From a virus (lineage: Duplodnaviria > Heunggongvirae > Uroviricota > Caudoviricetes), in IMG/VR virus record IMGVR_UViG_3300043172_001414: DNA of 64,000 bases; one strand, 5' to 3'. A program made the translations under genes and the position numbers. The notes under the pieces were generated by a model. That model was not told the DNA's origin. It was given only the letters and a program-made list of their open reading frames with translations, and did not search any database. Positions 29,049 to 39,191 of this stretch are shown here, one piece after another; positions within the stretch are counted from its first letter, which is position 1; each line of letters opens with the position of its first letter.

Positions 29049-30104
29049 ATGGCTAAAGTAGCACTAATAACAGATACACACTTTGGAGTTCATGGCAACT
29101 CAGATGTATTTTTAAAGTCCCAACTAAAGTTCTTCAAAAAAGAATTTGTTCCTTATCTAAAGAAACATAACATTACTCGTATATTTCATTTGGGTGATTT
29201 CTGGGACAACAGATCTACTATCAACATTAGATTGAAGAACATTATCATGGAGTTGTTTGATAACGAACTAAAAGATTTTAAGATCACTATGTTAATCGGG
29301 AACCATGACTCATACTTTAAGAACAATATTGAGACACATTCACTTAAGTTTTTAGACAAGTATCCTAACGTCGATGTAATTGAAGATATTAAACTCCTAT
29401 CTATCGCTAACCGTAAGGTATTACTTGTCCCATGGCAGTGTGACGAAGATCAATTCAAGAACCGTATAGCGAACAATAATATCTTCTGTGATGTTATGCT
29501 TGGTCATCTACCAATTATGGGTTTTAAGCTTAATAATAAAAGAGTCAATGAGCACGGGTTGGACACAGAGATACTATTTAATAATTATAACTTAGTATTT
29601 TCAGGTCACTTCCACACCAGAAGTAATATGCAGCGAGCAGAACGTAAGATAGAATATATCGGCAATCCATACCAACTTACGTTTTCTGACGAAGGTGATG
29701 AACGAGGGTTCTGTATTCTCGATCTAGATACCCTTGATTACGAATTTATAAATAACAATACATCTTTAAAGTTTAAAACAGTAGTTTATCCTGAACCCTT
29801 ATACAAGAAAGATATAAGAGGGAACGTAATAAAACTCGAAGTCAACTATGATCAAGAGTTTAGTGAAGAAGAAATTGAAAAGTATATTGATACTTGCGAA
29901 GGATTCAAACCTGCCATTCTCCCTATTACAATCGATCGAAAGTCTAACATACAAGGAACTAGTGAAGACTATAAAGCCGTTGACCTCTTAGAGCTTATTG
30001 ATGAATACCTCGATGAGATCAAAATGGTAGGCAAGAAAGATGTGTATGAAAACATAGAAAATGTATATAGCAACTTACACAATGAGAAGGACATCTGTTT
30101 ATGA
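29049..30104 (+). CDS. 47: Recombination nuclease subunit gp47 (Mre11/SbcD-like calcineurin-type phosphoesterase)
   Basis: Motifs D-T-H-F (ITDTHFG), GDFWD, GNHD and GHFH. Confidence 0.85.
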   Translation: MAKVALITDTHFGVHGNSDVFLKSQLKFFKKEFVPYLKKHNITRIFHLGDFWDNRSTINIRLKNIIMELFDNELKDFKITMLIGNHDSYFKNNIETHSLKFLDKYPNVDVIEDIKLLSIANRKVLLVPWQCDEDQFKNRIANNNIFCDVMLGHLPIMGFKLNNKRVNEHGLDTEILFNNYNLVFSGHFHTRSNMQRAERKIEYIGNPYQLTFSDEGDERGFCILDLDTLDYEFINNNTSLKFKTVVYPEPLYKKDIRGNVIKLEVNYDQEFSEEEIEKYIDTCEGFKPAILPITIDRKSNIQGTSEDYKAVDLLELIDEYLDEIKMVGKKDVYENIENVYSNLHNEKDICL

Positions 30105-31315
30105 GTAAAAAAACCAGCAACCTAGACGAGTTTCAAAAGCAACTACAAGCAGCTACAATAGCTACCCCACCAACAACAGCAAGTGAAGAACTTCCACCAG
30201 GTGTTGTTAAAGTAAAAAAGAATTTAGTTTTATCATTCCTAAGCGATTCTAGCGGTTGTGGGCATATTAGAAACATCTTCTGGATGACTTATCTCAACTC
30301 GGTATTTGGTAAGTCTGGTCGGATGAGCATGCTACTTGCCCCATCGTTCGTATATCAAAACGATATACTTTCAAGAACACGCTCAATTTTTTTCCAACGT
30401 CAAATGACCCCCGATCATCTTACAGTTATAAAGCAGTACAAAGAGAATCAACCTAAGTTCAAATATAAAATGATATGGGAGATGGACGATCACATCCATG
30501 GGTTCAACGAAAACCAAGGCGGTACTACTGATGAAGGCGTACCATCATACAACTTCGGCAGTAAAGGCATCACCAAAGAAATTAAAACAGCATCAGTTGA
30601 AATCATGAAGCTCATGGATCTTGTTACCGTTTCCACACCATTTCTAAAAAATTATTATGAGAAAGAACTCGGCATTAAGACAAAGATCCAGGTTATACCC
30701 AACTGCGTCCCTCAGTACTTCTGGGGACACGAAAGAAAATCTGACATAACTGAAGTCATTAAAAAACCTAAAGTCATCTACACAGGCTCTCCTACTCATT
30801 ATCATAATGGTGAAAAGAGACTTGGGGACTGGGATAACGCATGGAAAGATTGGGTAATTAAATCAGTCAATAATGATGAAATAGATTTTACCGTGTTTGG
30901 TGGCCTCCCGTGGTTCATGGATGAGATTAAAGATAAGATCAAGGTACATGGATGGGTAAATTCTTACCAGTATCCAAACCTAGTTAAAAGCGAAAAAGCA
31001 GACTTTGGTATCATGCCTCTCGTAAGAAATCAATTTAACAGTGCAAAGAGCGATCTAAAGTTCCTCGAACATTCAGCAGATGGTGTATTAGCTATCGGAA
31101 GTACATTTACAGATGGTTCATCATCCCCATATGACCATAATTTTCTTACAATGCCGGAAGATTGTACAGTCGAAGATATCGACTCCATGATTAAAAAGTA
31201 CTCAGAGCCTAAGAACTTTAACAGAATTCGAAGACTGCAGTATGAAAAAATGGAGAATGAAGGTCGTTACCTCGAATCTCGACAATATATTGAGCGTTTA
31301 GTTAATATATTTTAA
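30101..31315 (+). CDS. Putative GT-B glycosyltransferase resembling T4 alpha-glucosyltransferase (agt)
   Basis: 404 aa (T4 agt is 400 aa). DSSGCGHIRNIF resembles GLEGCGVTKF in T4 agt; the gene sits in the 55/47/46 neighbourhood where agt lies in T4. Confidence 0.4.
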   Translation: MSKKTSNLDEFQKQLQAATIATPPTTASEELPPGVVKVKKNLVLSFLSDSSGCGHIRNIFWMTYLNSVFGKSGRMSMLLAPSFVYQNDILSRTRSIFFQRQMTPDHLTVIKQYKENQPKFKYKMIWEMDDHIHGFNENQGGTTDEGVPSYNFGSKGITKEIKTASVEIMKLMDLVTVSTPFLKNYYEKELGIKTKIQVIPNCVPQYFWGHERKSDITEVIKKPKVIYTGSPTHYHNGEKRLGDWDNAWKDWVIKSVNNDEIDFTVFGGLPWFMDEIKDKIKVHGWVNSYQYPNLVKSEKADFGIMPLVRNQFNSAKSDLKFLEHSADGVLAIGSTFTDGSSSPYDHNFLTMPEDCTVEDIDSMIKKYSEPKNFNRIRRLQYEKMENEGRYLESRQYIERLVNIF

Positions 31316-31322
31316 TAACTAC

Positions 31323-31351
31323 TTGACTCTAGTTAATATATTTGATATACT
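31323..31351 (+). promoter_or_regulatory. Sigma70-type early promoter TTGACT-17-TATACT followed by the AGTACATAAAA motif
   Basis: Upstream of the SPFH/DHH operon. Confidence 0.6.
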
Positions 31352-31384
31352 ATTAGTACATAAAATATATTAATTGGAGTTAAT

Positions 31385-32641
31385 ATGAAAGATAGATCAT
31401 CTGATGATCAGAGAAGTTTTCTTGATAAGTACAAAGGCAGGATAATTTTACTCGCAATACTAGCAGTCGTCACCCTAATATCAACTACAGTACTTTATTC
31501 ACAAATATGGGAAACAAACTTCTCAGGTTATTATAAAGTAAAGCAAACAGCATATTGGGGAACAATGTCAGTCGTCAATAACACTGGAACATTTACTAAA
31601 GCATTTGGAACTGTCCACCCATATCAAGTTTCTGATATGTACTACTTCTCTACATCAGATGAAGAAGGAGGATCAGGAAAAGAAGCAGACCCTATTTCAA
31701 TTAGGTTTAATGGTGGTAGTACAGCCTTTATTTCAGGCTCAATCAAGTACAGACTTTCTCGTGTAGATAGCACTCAATTACTACTCCATGAAGACTTTAA
31801 AAGCTACGCTGCAGTTAAGCAAGATCTCATTAGGCAAACCGTAGCTGAAGCACTTAAACAAACCGCAACACTAATGAAAGCCGAAGAATCATACTCGTCT
31901 AGAAGATCTGAGTTTACAACCGTAGCTGAAGGGCAAGTACGAAACGGTATATACATGACCGAGAAACATGTGTATAAGTATAAAGATGCTCAAGATCAAG
32001 AGTTCATTAAGAGAGAAGTTAAAATCAAACTAGACTCCAATAAACAACCAGTCGTCATGAAGGGATCACCATTTAAAACATACGATATAGAGATACTTCA
32101 GTTTGTTATTAAAGATATTGATTATGATCCTACCATCGACAGTTTGATTGCTGAGAAAAAAGAGATTGAGCAGAATAAAGCAGTATCTAAATCAAAAGCT
32201 GAAACCGCTAAACAAAATGCCATCACCAAAGAAATGCAAGGTACGGCACTTATCGCTGAGGCTAAAGCTCTAGAAGAAGTGAAGAAAATTCAAGCCGTTA
32301 CAGAGGCTCTTAAAGAGAAAGAAGTTGCAATTCTTAAAGCTGAAAAGAATTATAAGATAGCTCAACTCGGAGCCAGAGAAGCAATCGAGAAAGCTAAGAA
32401 GATTATTGCAGAAGGTCGAGCTGAAGCAACCGCAAATAAACTAAAGGTAGCTGCAGGTCTTTCCCCTCAAGAAAAAGCTTCATGGAAATATAAAACTGAA
32501 GTAGGCATAGCCAATGCACTGAAAGACATTAACGTTCCAGGTATCGTTATAGTTGGTGGTAAACAATCTAGTGGTGCAAACCCACTCGACATGATTGGCA
32601 TTAATATGGCACTCGATATCCAGAAGAAAATGAAAAAATAA
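31385..32641 (+). CDS. SPFH/band-7 (stomatin/prohibitin/HflKC-like) membrane protein
   Basis: N-terminal transmembrane helix (ILLAILAVVTLISTTVLY), a central band-7-like region and an Ala/Glu/Lys-rich C-terminal coiled coil (AEAKALEEVKKIQAVTEALKEKE…). Confidence 0.6.
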   Translation: MKDRSSDDQRSFLDKYKGRIILLAILAVVTLISTTVLYSQIWETNFSGYYKVKQTAYWGTMSVVNNTGTFTKAFGTVHPYQVSDMYYFSTSDEEGGSGKEADPISIRFNGGSTAFISGSIKYRLSRVDSTQLLLHEDFKSYAAVKQDLIRQTVAEALKQTATLMKAEESYSSRRSEFTTVAEGQVRNGIYMTEKHVYKYKDAQDQEFIKREVKIKLDSNKQPVVMKGSPFKTYDIEILQFVIKDIDYDPTIDSLIAEKKEIEQNKAVSKSKAETAKQNAITKEMQGTALIAEAKALEEVKKIQAVTEALKEKEVAILKAEKNYKIAQLGAREAIEKAKKIIAEGRAEATANKLKVAAGLSPQEKASWKYKTEVGIANALKDINVPGIVIVGGKQSSGANPLDMIGINMALDIQKKMKK

Positions 32642-32661
32642 ACCAATCACTGTAGGTCGAT

Positions 32662-33606
32662 ATGAAACATAACTCTATCTACAGTGGCTTTAGATTATTA
32701 CAAAGTCAGAGAGTACTTAGCATCTCTGATGGGGATATGGATGGGTCAGCATGTCAACTAATATTAGGTAATGTATTTCCTCGGAGTCACATTACCTATG
32801 TTACAGCATCTGGTATGACCATTGATAAAATCTTAGACACTGTTAAATTTAATAATTATGACGTTGTGTATATAACTGATATTACACCAAGTCCAGATAA
32901 CATAGCATATCAGTTAAACTACGATAAGATAATCCTTATAGATCATCATGATACCGCAATTGAAATGAATGACCCTGAATATGGTAAGGTAGTTAACTCT
33001 GATCACTGTAGTTCATACATATTAAAAGAACATATGAAGAAGTGGTACGATGTAGATTTATCTTATCTCGATAGCTTCATTACTTTAGTTGAAGACTATG
33101 ATCTATGGACTGAAGTAAATCCTAGAAGCAAATATCTTGCACGATTATTTCATCACTACAAACCTATTCAGTTTAAGAAAAGATTCTTTCAAGGCGTGGT
33201 TGACTTCAATAAAGATGAATTAAAAGTAATCAATGATGATAAAAAGAAGTTACAAGTTGAATTAGACGCTACTAATCATTCTTTTAATTGTCAGGATTAC
33301 ACTCATGTTAATGGTATACTTCTAAGACTTAATAACTTCTCAAATGAAATATGTAACATTAAATTGACCAAAGGATACAATATTGTATTCTCATCCAACA
33401 GCTTTAACAATGTATCAATTCGTAGCAAATTAGATTGTATACATATTGGTAAGGTATTAAAGGAAAGAGGAATTGGTGGTGGTCATCAGCATGCTGCAGG
33501 ATTTTCAGCTAAATCTTATATTGACGTTCGGGAAACAGTTAGAAGCATAGCATCAGAACTATATGATAACTTCCCAGAAATTCGTAAAAAACACTCTCAA
33601 CTCTAA
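32662..33606 (+). CDS. DHH-DHHA1 family phosphoesterase (NrnA/RecJ-core/GdpP-like)
   Basis: Motif I (SDGDMDG), the DHH motif (LIDHHDT) and the DHHA1 GGGH motif (GIGGGHQHAAGF); 314 aa, the size of NrnA. Confidence 0.7.
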   Translation: MKHNSIYSGFRLLQSQRVLSISDGDMDGSACQLILGNVFPRSHITYVTASGMTIDKILDTVKFNNYDVVYITDITPSPDNIAYQLNYDKIILIDHHDTAIEMNDPEYGKVVNSDHCSSYILKEHMKKWYDVDLSYLDSFITLVEDYDLWTEVNPRSKYLARLFHHYKPIQFKKRFFQGVVDFNKDELKVINDDKKKLQVELDATNHSFNCQDYTHVNGILLRLNNFSNEICNIKLTKGYNIVFSSNSFNNVSIRSKLDCIHIGKVLKERGIGGGHQHAAGFSAKSYIDVRETVRSIASELYDNFPEIRKKHSQL

Positions 33607-33618
33607 ATAAAATAACAT

Positions 33619-36210
33619 ATGTTTAAAAATATTTATGTAGACAATAAAACTAAACAAGTCCATATATGGGAATGTTTTAACGGTAAAACTGTAAAGCTTA
33701 CAGAAGACCTAAATTCTTATTTCTACGTTGAAGATCGCAGCGGTGCAACAGTTCATACTGACATTTATGGAACTCCTGTAATCAAAAAATATACTCGCAA
33801 TAAATATATGGATGTTAAGAAATACAAAAAACTCCAACTTAAAATTTGTGAATCTGACATTAGTGAAGATATTAAATACCTTCAAGAACGATACCAGGAT
33901 GTTGATATTAAGACAGACATGAATAATATTCATACTGCATATATTGATATTGAAGTAGCTGGTGAAAAGGAATTTCCAGAACCAGATTTAGCATTATATC
34001 CTATAAATCTAATTACTGTTAAAAGCTCAACAACAAAAAAACTATACACCTTCGGAACATCACCAATGACTCGAAAATGTTTAGGAGTTGAAAAATATGC
34101 ATACATAGAGAATGAACTTGATATGCTCACATCATTTGTTACTTGGTGGTCAAATATGAAATTTGATATTGTAACAGGATGGAACTCTACTGGTTTTGAT
34201 ATGAAATATATCATCAATAGAATTAAAAACCTTACAACCAATGGAATTGAAAAAAAACTATCACCACTTGGTATTGTAGAACTCGTTGAGAAAAAAACAC
34301 GGAAACAAGACGGCAAGATAGAAATTAAGAACGTGTATAAAATAGCAGGTCTATCGCAACTGGATTACCTTGAACTATATAAGAAGTTCACATTTGAAAC
34401 ACAACCTTCATATACTTTAGATAACATTGGTATTGCTGAAGTCCAAGAAGGCAAGATCGGCCTTGAAGGAACCATCAATACAATATACAAAACAAATTGG
34501 GATAAATTTGTAGAATATAACATTCAGGATGTACTCTTAGTTGAAAAAATAGATAACAAACTAAAGTTTATTGAACTAGTAGTATCACTTTGTTACCAGA
34601 CATTAATACCATTTGAAAAAGTATTTAGTTCTATATCCGTACTTGAAGGCTTTATTCTTCGTGACCTCCACAAAAGAAAAATGGTAATGCCGGATAGAAA
34701 AATAATTACCCGTGATTGGTGGTTGGAAGAAGGATATTACAAAGTAAACGGTGAACTTCAAAATGTAAAAACTGACGACAAAAAGAATAAAAATAACAAA
34801 ACGTTTGAACCATTTTATATCAAGGGTGGGTATGTATATGCAGAGCCTGGGTTTTATGAAGACTGCCTATCATTCGACGTAGAGTCTGAATACCCCAAAG
34901 AGATTGTGATCTATAATATCTCCCCTGAAACTAAAGTAATCAAACCCTCCCCTGAACGAGCCAAACATTTAATAAAATCTGAAATCAACGGGGTATACTA
35001 CAAAAAAGATGTACAAGGTATATTCCCATCCATAGTTGAAAGAATTTTTGATGAGAGAAAATACTTTAAAGATCTAATGAGCGAATGTGAAAAAAAAGGT
35101 GACAAGCAAGGAGAACAGTTTAATTACTCAATGCAACTAATCAGAAAAATTATGATTAATAGTTTATACGGTGTTATGGGTTCAGAATACTTTCACTTTT
35201 ACGATGTTGATAATGCTAGAGCAGTAACAAGAGGTGGTAGAGTTCTTATCAAATTTTTAGGAGCGGAGACTAATAAATATTTTAAAAATTATTGGCATAA
35301 AGTATATACTTGTTATTTTCCTGAAATTGAGAATCCACCCCAACTTAAAAATGATCTAGTATTTGTTATTGATACCGACTCTAACTATATCAATCTAAAT
35401 GAAATTAAGAAGAACTACGCTCCTGACATGGACTACATGGAGTTTGCCACCATAATGGATGAAAAAGTACTAGAACCTTTCTTTGTTAAGATATTAGATA
35501 TTTATCATGCAAAACGTGGAGTTAAAAACCTAATAAGATATAAACGTGAAGGAATTATAACTAAACAATTTGTACTTGCCAAGAAAAAATACATAGTGGA
35601 ACTATTAGCTCACGAAGACAAAGTATATGATAAACCAACAATTAAATATAAAGGTGTTGAAGTTGTCAGAAGTGATACCCCTATGTTTAGCCGGAAAACA
35701 ATCAAAGATGTTATTCAGGAATTATTTGATAATCTCGATAAAGAAATGACTATTAAAACATTGAGAAAATCTAAAAAGGCATTTAAGACAGAAGATATAG
35801 AAAATATCAGTTCAGTGTCCGGTATAAACGGATATGAAAAATATTCATTTCCACATGAATATTATATCGAGAAAGGATTAGTGTTTAAGAAATCTACCCC
35901 CATACATAATAGAGCATGTATATGTTACAATTATCTAATAAAAAAGTATGAATATCCATATATGGAAGTGGCTAATGGTAGCAAAATAAAATACGTATAT
36001 ATAAAAGACGAGAACATAATCAATAGTAATGTTATCGCTTACATTGGAAATTACCCAAAAGAGTTCAACCAGTTATTTAAAATAGATTACGACACTCAAT
36101 TTGAAAAGACCTTCATGAATGTTATTCAGAGAATGTTTACAGTATTGGGATGGGGAAAAATAAATCTTCGTGGAAATCAGTTGGGTAAATTTCTGAAAAA
36201 GAAAAAATAA
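33619..36210 (+). CDS. 43: Family B DNA polymerase (gp43)
   Basis: 863 aa; exonuclease motif DIEV, polymerase motif A (SLYGVMG) and motif C (IDTDS). Confidence 0.9.
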   Translation: MFKNIYVDNKTKQVHIWECFNGKTVKLTEDLNSYFYVEDRSGATVHTDIYGTPVIKKYTRNKYMDVKKYKKLQLKICESDISEDIKYLQERYQDVDIKTDMNNIHTAYIDIEVAGEKEFPEPDLALYPINLITVKSSTTKKLYTFGTSPMTRKCLGVEKYAYIENELDMLTSFVTWWSNMKFDIVTGWNSTGFDMKYIINRIKNLTTNGIEKKLSPLGIVELVEKKTRKQDGKIEIKNVYKIAGLSQLDYLELYKKFTFETQPSYTLDNIGIAEVQEGKIGLEGTINTIYKTNWDKFVEYNIQDVLLVEKIDNKLKFIELVVSLCYQTLIPFEKVFSSISVLEGFILRDLHKRKMVMPDRKIITRDWWLEEGYYKVNGELQNVKTDDKKNKNNKTFEPFYIKGGYVYAEPGFYEDCLSFDVESEYPKEIVIYNISPETKVIKPSPERAKHLIKSEINGVYYKKDVQGIFPSIVERIFDERKYFKDLMSECEKKGDKQGEQFNYSMQLIRKIMINSLYGVMGSEYFHFYDVDNARAVTRGGRVLIKFLGAETNKYFKNYWHKVYTCYFPEIENPPQLKNDLVFVIDTDSNYINLNEIKKNYAPDMDYMEFATIMDEKVLEPFFVKILDIYHAKRGVKNLIRYKREGIITKQFVLAKKKYIVELLAHEDKVYDKPTIKYKGVEVVRSDTPMFSRKTIKDVIQELFDNLDKEMTIKTLRKSKKAFKTEDIENISSVSGINGYEKYSFPHEYYIEKGLVFKKSTPIHNRACICYNYLIKKYEYPYMEVANGSKIKYVYIKDENIINSNVIAYIGNYPKEFNQLFKIDYDTQFEKTFMNVIQRMFTVLGWGKINLRGNQLGKFLKKKK

Positions 36211-36221
36211 TAGGAGAAGAT

Positions 36222-37280
36222 ATGAGCATATATAAAAAATTAATGGGAAATAAAGACCTGCTAGATAAAATGATGGAAGATGATTACCAACCAGAATACC
36301 TCTCATCCGGTGTTATAGTTATGAACCTGTTACACAAAGGTAAAGTAGATAAGGCTGTAAAAATTGGTTGTATTGAACAAATAAGTGCAGACTCTTCATT
36401 TGGCAAATCATTTATTGCATGTAACATCCTTAAGAACGCACAAAGACATGGAATGGAATGTGTAGTGATTGATACAGAGAGAGCTTTTAACAAAGACCTT
36501 GCTGGAAGTATTGGAGTTGATCTTGACAAACTTCCAATACTACAAACCGCTAACATGCATAAAATCACTCAAGCACTCGCTCTTATGACAGAAGGTAAGA
36601 CAAGAAAAGAACGAAGAAACGTCTTTGTACTTATCGACTCATGGGGAACACTCGTTGACGAAGCTACAATGGTTAAAGCAGCTGACGGTAACTCTACTCA
36701 AAACATGAGACTACCACAAGAGAAAAATAAACTCGCAAACTACATGAATGAAACCGATATGACATACTACGTTGTGAACGGTGTATACAAAAATACTGGT
36801 GGATTTGGAGACCCTTATCAAATCGGTGGTGGTGGTAGACTAAAGTTTAACAGTGAATCAATTGTACTTGCAACATCAAAAGCAAAAGAAAAAGACTCAT
36901 CTGGAAAAGTTATCGGTGCTATCATAACGTGTGAATCTCACAAAGGCAGAAGTGCTATTGAAAAATCAACTAAACTTCAGTTTAGAATCAAGCACGATGG
37001 TGGGTTAGATATTTATTTTGGACTACTTCCAGACGCTCTTCTTCATGGCTGTATTACTAAACCTAAAAACGGCTGGTATCATAGACCAGAGTTTGACGAA
37101 GAAGGAAAAAATTGGAGAGAATCAAAACTTTATTGTAAAGAATTCTGGGAAGACCTATTAAGAAAAACTGATTTTAAAGAATTTCTAGAATCGAAATATA
37201 GCTACGAAGATCGAGAAATAGATGTAGCTGAAAATGATGCAACAGATTTCTTTGATGATAATCTAATGGAAGAGGGATAG
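36222..37280 (+). CDS. uvsX: RecA-like recombinase UvsX
   Basis: Walker A (SSFGKSF). The C-terminal region FGLLPDALLHGCITKPKNGWYHRPEFDEEG resembles T4 UvsX YSGLLDMALELGFVVKPKNGWYAREFLDEETG. Confidence 0.85.
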   Translation: MSIYKKLMGNKDLLDKMMEDDYQPEYLSSGVIVMNLLHKGKVDKAVKIGCIEQISADSSFGKSFIACNILKNAQRHGMECVVIDTERAFNKDLAGSIGVDLDKLPILQTANMHKITQALALMTEGKTRKERRNVFVLIDSWGTLVDEATMVKAADGNSTQNMRLPQEKNKLANYMNETDMTYYVVNGVYKNTGGFGDPYQIGGGGRLKFNSESIVLATSKAKEKDSSGKVIGAIITCESHKGRSAIEKSTKLQFRIKHDGGLDIYFGLLPDALLHGCITKPKNGWYHRPEFDEEGKNWRESKLYCKEFWEDLLRKTDFKEFLESKYSYEDREIDVAENDATDFFDDNLMEEG

Positions 37281-38639
37281 ATGGACGAATTGGATTTTGA
37301 AAACATAATAGTTCATTCAATATTAAGAAGTAAGGTAATCAGAGAAAAGCTATATCCTTTTCTCTCTACCATACCTTTGTTTAAAATATTTGACAACCCA
37401 TCAAATCAACAAATAATACGGAAGTACTTTAATTATAAAGAAGAATATAACGAGTTCCCAAATATAAAAAATCTAGAACTCTACGTTAAAAATGATGAGA
37501 TCTTATCTAATGTTAAAAAGATTCTAGAAATAGACATGAAAGAATATCAGAAAGATCAAATTATGGACGAGATTGAAAAGTTCTTCCAGGAAAAATTATT
37601 ATGGTACAACATTCTTACCGTAAAAGACGCTCTTGAAGAAAGAAAACTCGACACCATCAATGATGTTGCTGATAACATTAGAGAAGCCTTAACGTTCTCA
37701 TTTAACACCAATGTAGGTCTTGACATATCGAACGATACCGACCGCATGTACACATATATTCATAATAAAGAAAAAGCTGTATCTACTGGTATTGATAAAC
37801 TTGATGAACAACTCGACGGAGGTTTTCATGAGAAATCTCTGATCCTATTCCTAGGGTCTACCAATATTGGCAAGACCCTAGTACAGTGTGCTTTCGCTTC
37901 TAACTGCCTTAGAGACAATCAAAATGTTCTCTATGTCTCACTAGAAGAATCGGAAGATAAGCTCTCTAAGAGGTTCCTAGCCAACATGTTTGATGTAGAA
38001 ATCAATGAATTGAAAAATCTTTCAAAGAAAGAATTCTATCGCAAACATGAGAAACTAAAGAAACAAACAGAACGACTTATTGTTAAAGAATACCCAGGAG
38101 GAACAATCAATGCTAACCACCTTAGAAACCTCCTAAAAGAACTTGAAGTGAAAAAAGGATTTAAACCAAAAATAATGTTTATCGATTACTTAGGCTGCAT
38201 GATGCCTAATAAAAATGTGGTAGGCAATTCTAATGAAGTCCTTAAAGCAATAACAGAAGAAGTGAGAGCAATATCCCAGGAATACGGCTTCCCGATAGTC
38301 TCTGGACTTCAAACTAATAGAGGTGGGTTTGGTAATGTTAACGTTGAGCTAACCGACACTGCAGAATCTATTGGTGCTACATTCAAGGCTGATGCCATTT
38401 ATGGTATAGTTCAGAACGAAGAACTAGCAGCAGCTAACGTTTACCTTTTAAAATTACTGAAGAGCCGTTTTGGCGATAACTTCGGGAAGGTTAAAGTTAA
38501 GGTAAGTAAACCGAAAATGAGATTATACAACTTTGAACCAGAGGAAGAAGAAGAACAATTTTACGATGAATTCGCATCACAGGATCACGCTATCTTAAAG
38601 AAAGATAATACTAGCCCTGCAGAATTGGACTTCAGTTAG
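37281..38639 (+). CDS. 41: Replicative DnaB-family helicase gp41
   Basis: 452 aa; Walker A (GSTNIGKT); RecA-like C-terminal domain; adjacent to the primase gene. Confidence 0.8.
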   Translation: MDELDFENIIVHSILRSKVIREKLYPFLSTIPLFKIFDNPSNQQIIRKYFNYKEEYNEFPNIKNLELYVKNDEILSNVKKILEIDMKEYQKDQIMDEIEKFFQEKLLWYNILTVKDALEERKLDTINDVADNIREALTFSFNTNVGLDISNDTDRMYTYIHNKEKAVSTGIDKLDEQLDGGFHEKSLILFLGSTNIGKTLVQCAFASNCLRDNQNVLYVSLEESEDKLSKRFLANMFDVEINELKNLSKKEFYRKHEKLKKQTERLIVKEYPGGTINANHLRNLLKELEVKKGFKPKIMFIDYLGCMMPNKNVVGNSNEVLKAITEEVRAISQEYGFPIVSGLQTNRGGFGNVNVELTDTAESIGATFKADAIYGIVQNEELAAANVYLLKLLKSRFGDNFGKVKVKVSKPKMRLYNFEPEEEEEQFYDEFASQDHAILKKDNTSPAELDFS

Positions 38640-38647
38640 GAGGGTTT

Positions 38648-39040
38648 ATGATAGAAGACAACACACCTAAATTACCAGACAATTTGAAAGATAAGGACGT
38701 TGAAGCTGAGATTTATAAAACTATAAATAAAAAGAAGTTCTTTGAAATTATGAATATGAATAGTATTGATTTTGAGAAAGTAATTCTAAAAAAGAAATCC
38801 TACAATAAGGACTTCCATAAATTTAATTACTTGATTAAGAAGCTAGTTAATGAAACAGATATCACATTTATTGAATGTGCCATATATCTTCACACTGATT
38901 TCTTTAAGGAAAAAGCCGTCTTTGATTGCTTTAACGAGGAGAATTATCACGAGCTTCGAGCGGAGTTTGCTGAGAAGTATGATTTTAATATGGACTCCAA
39001 TATACTGAAGAATTTTATCAAGTGGACTAAAAAGAAATAA
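38648..39040 (+). CDS. Hypothetical protein (in the position of the T4 gene 59 neighbourhood)
   Basis: 130-aa ORF between gp41 and gp32. Confidence 0.3.
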   Translation: MIEDNTPKLPDNLKDKDVEAEIYKTINKKKFFEIMNMNSIDFEKVILKKKSYNKDFHKFNYLIKKLVNETDITFIECAIYLHTDFFKEKAVFDCFNEENYHELRAEFAEKYDFNMDSNILKNFIKWTKKK

Positions 39041-39063
39041 TTACTAAAATATATGCACTGCTA

Positions 39064-39092
39064 TTGACTTTTGCCCTTTTTAAGGGTATAAT
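39064..39092 (+). promoter_or_regulatory. Sigma70-type promoter TTGACT-17-TATAAT upstream of gene 32
   Basis: Perfect hexamers; the spacer contains the CCCTTTTTAAGGG palindrome. Confidence 0.6.
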
Positions 39093-39112
39093 GTAATGAT
39101 ATATACATACAT

Positions 39113-39190
39113 CTATGTGCAGTTAATATTTTTTATTAACTGTCACTACAAAAAAAAGTAATATGAAAAAAAAACAATATGAGGAAAAAT
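39113..39190 (+). promoter_or_regulatory. Gene 32 leader: 9-bp hairpin (CAGTTAATA…TATTAACTG) followed by a long A/U-rich unstructured tract; candidate translational operator
   Basis: By analogy with T4 gp32 autoregulation, which uses a structured element plus an AU-rich gp32 binding region; A-runs precede the ribosome-binding site GAGGAAAA. Confidence 0.4.
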
Positions 39191-39191
39191 A

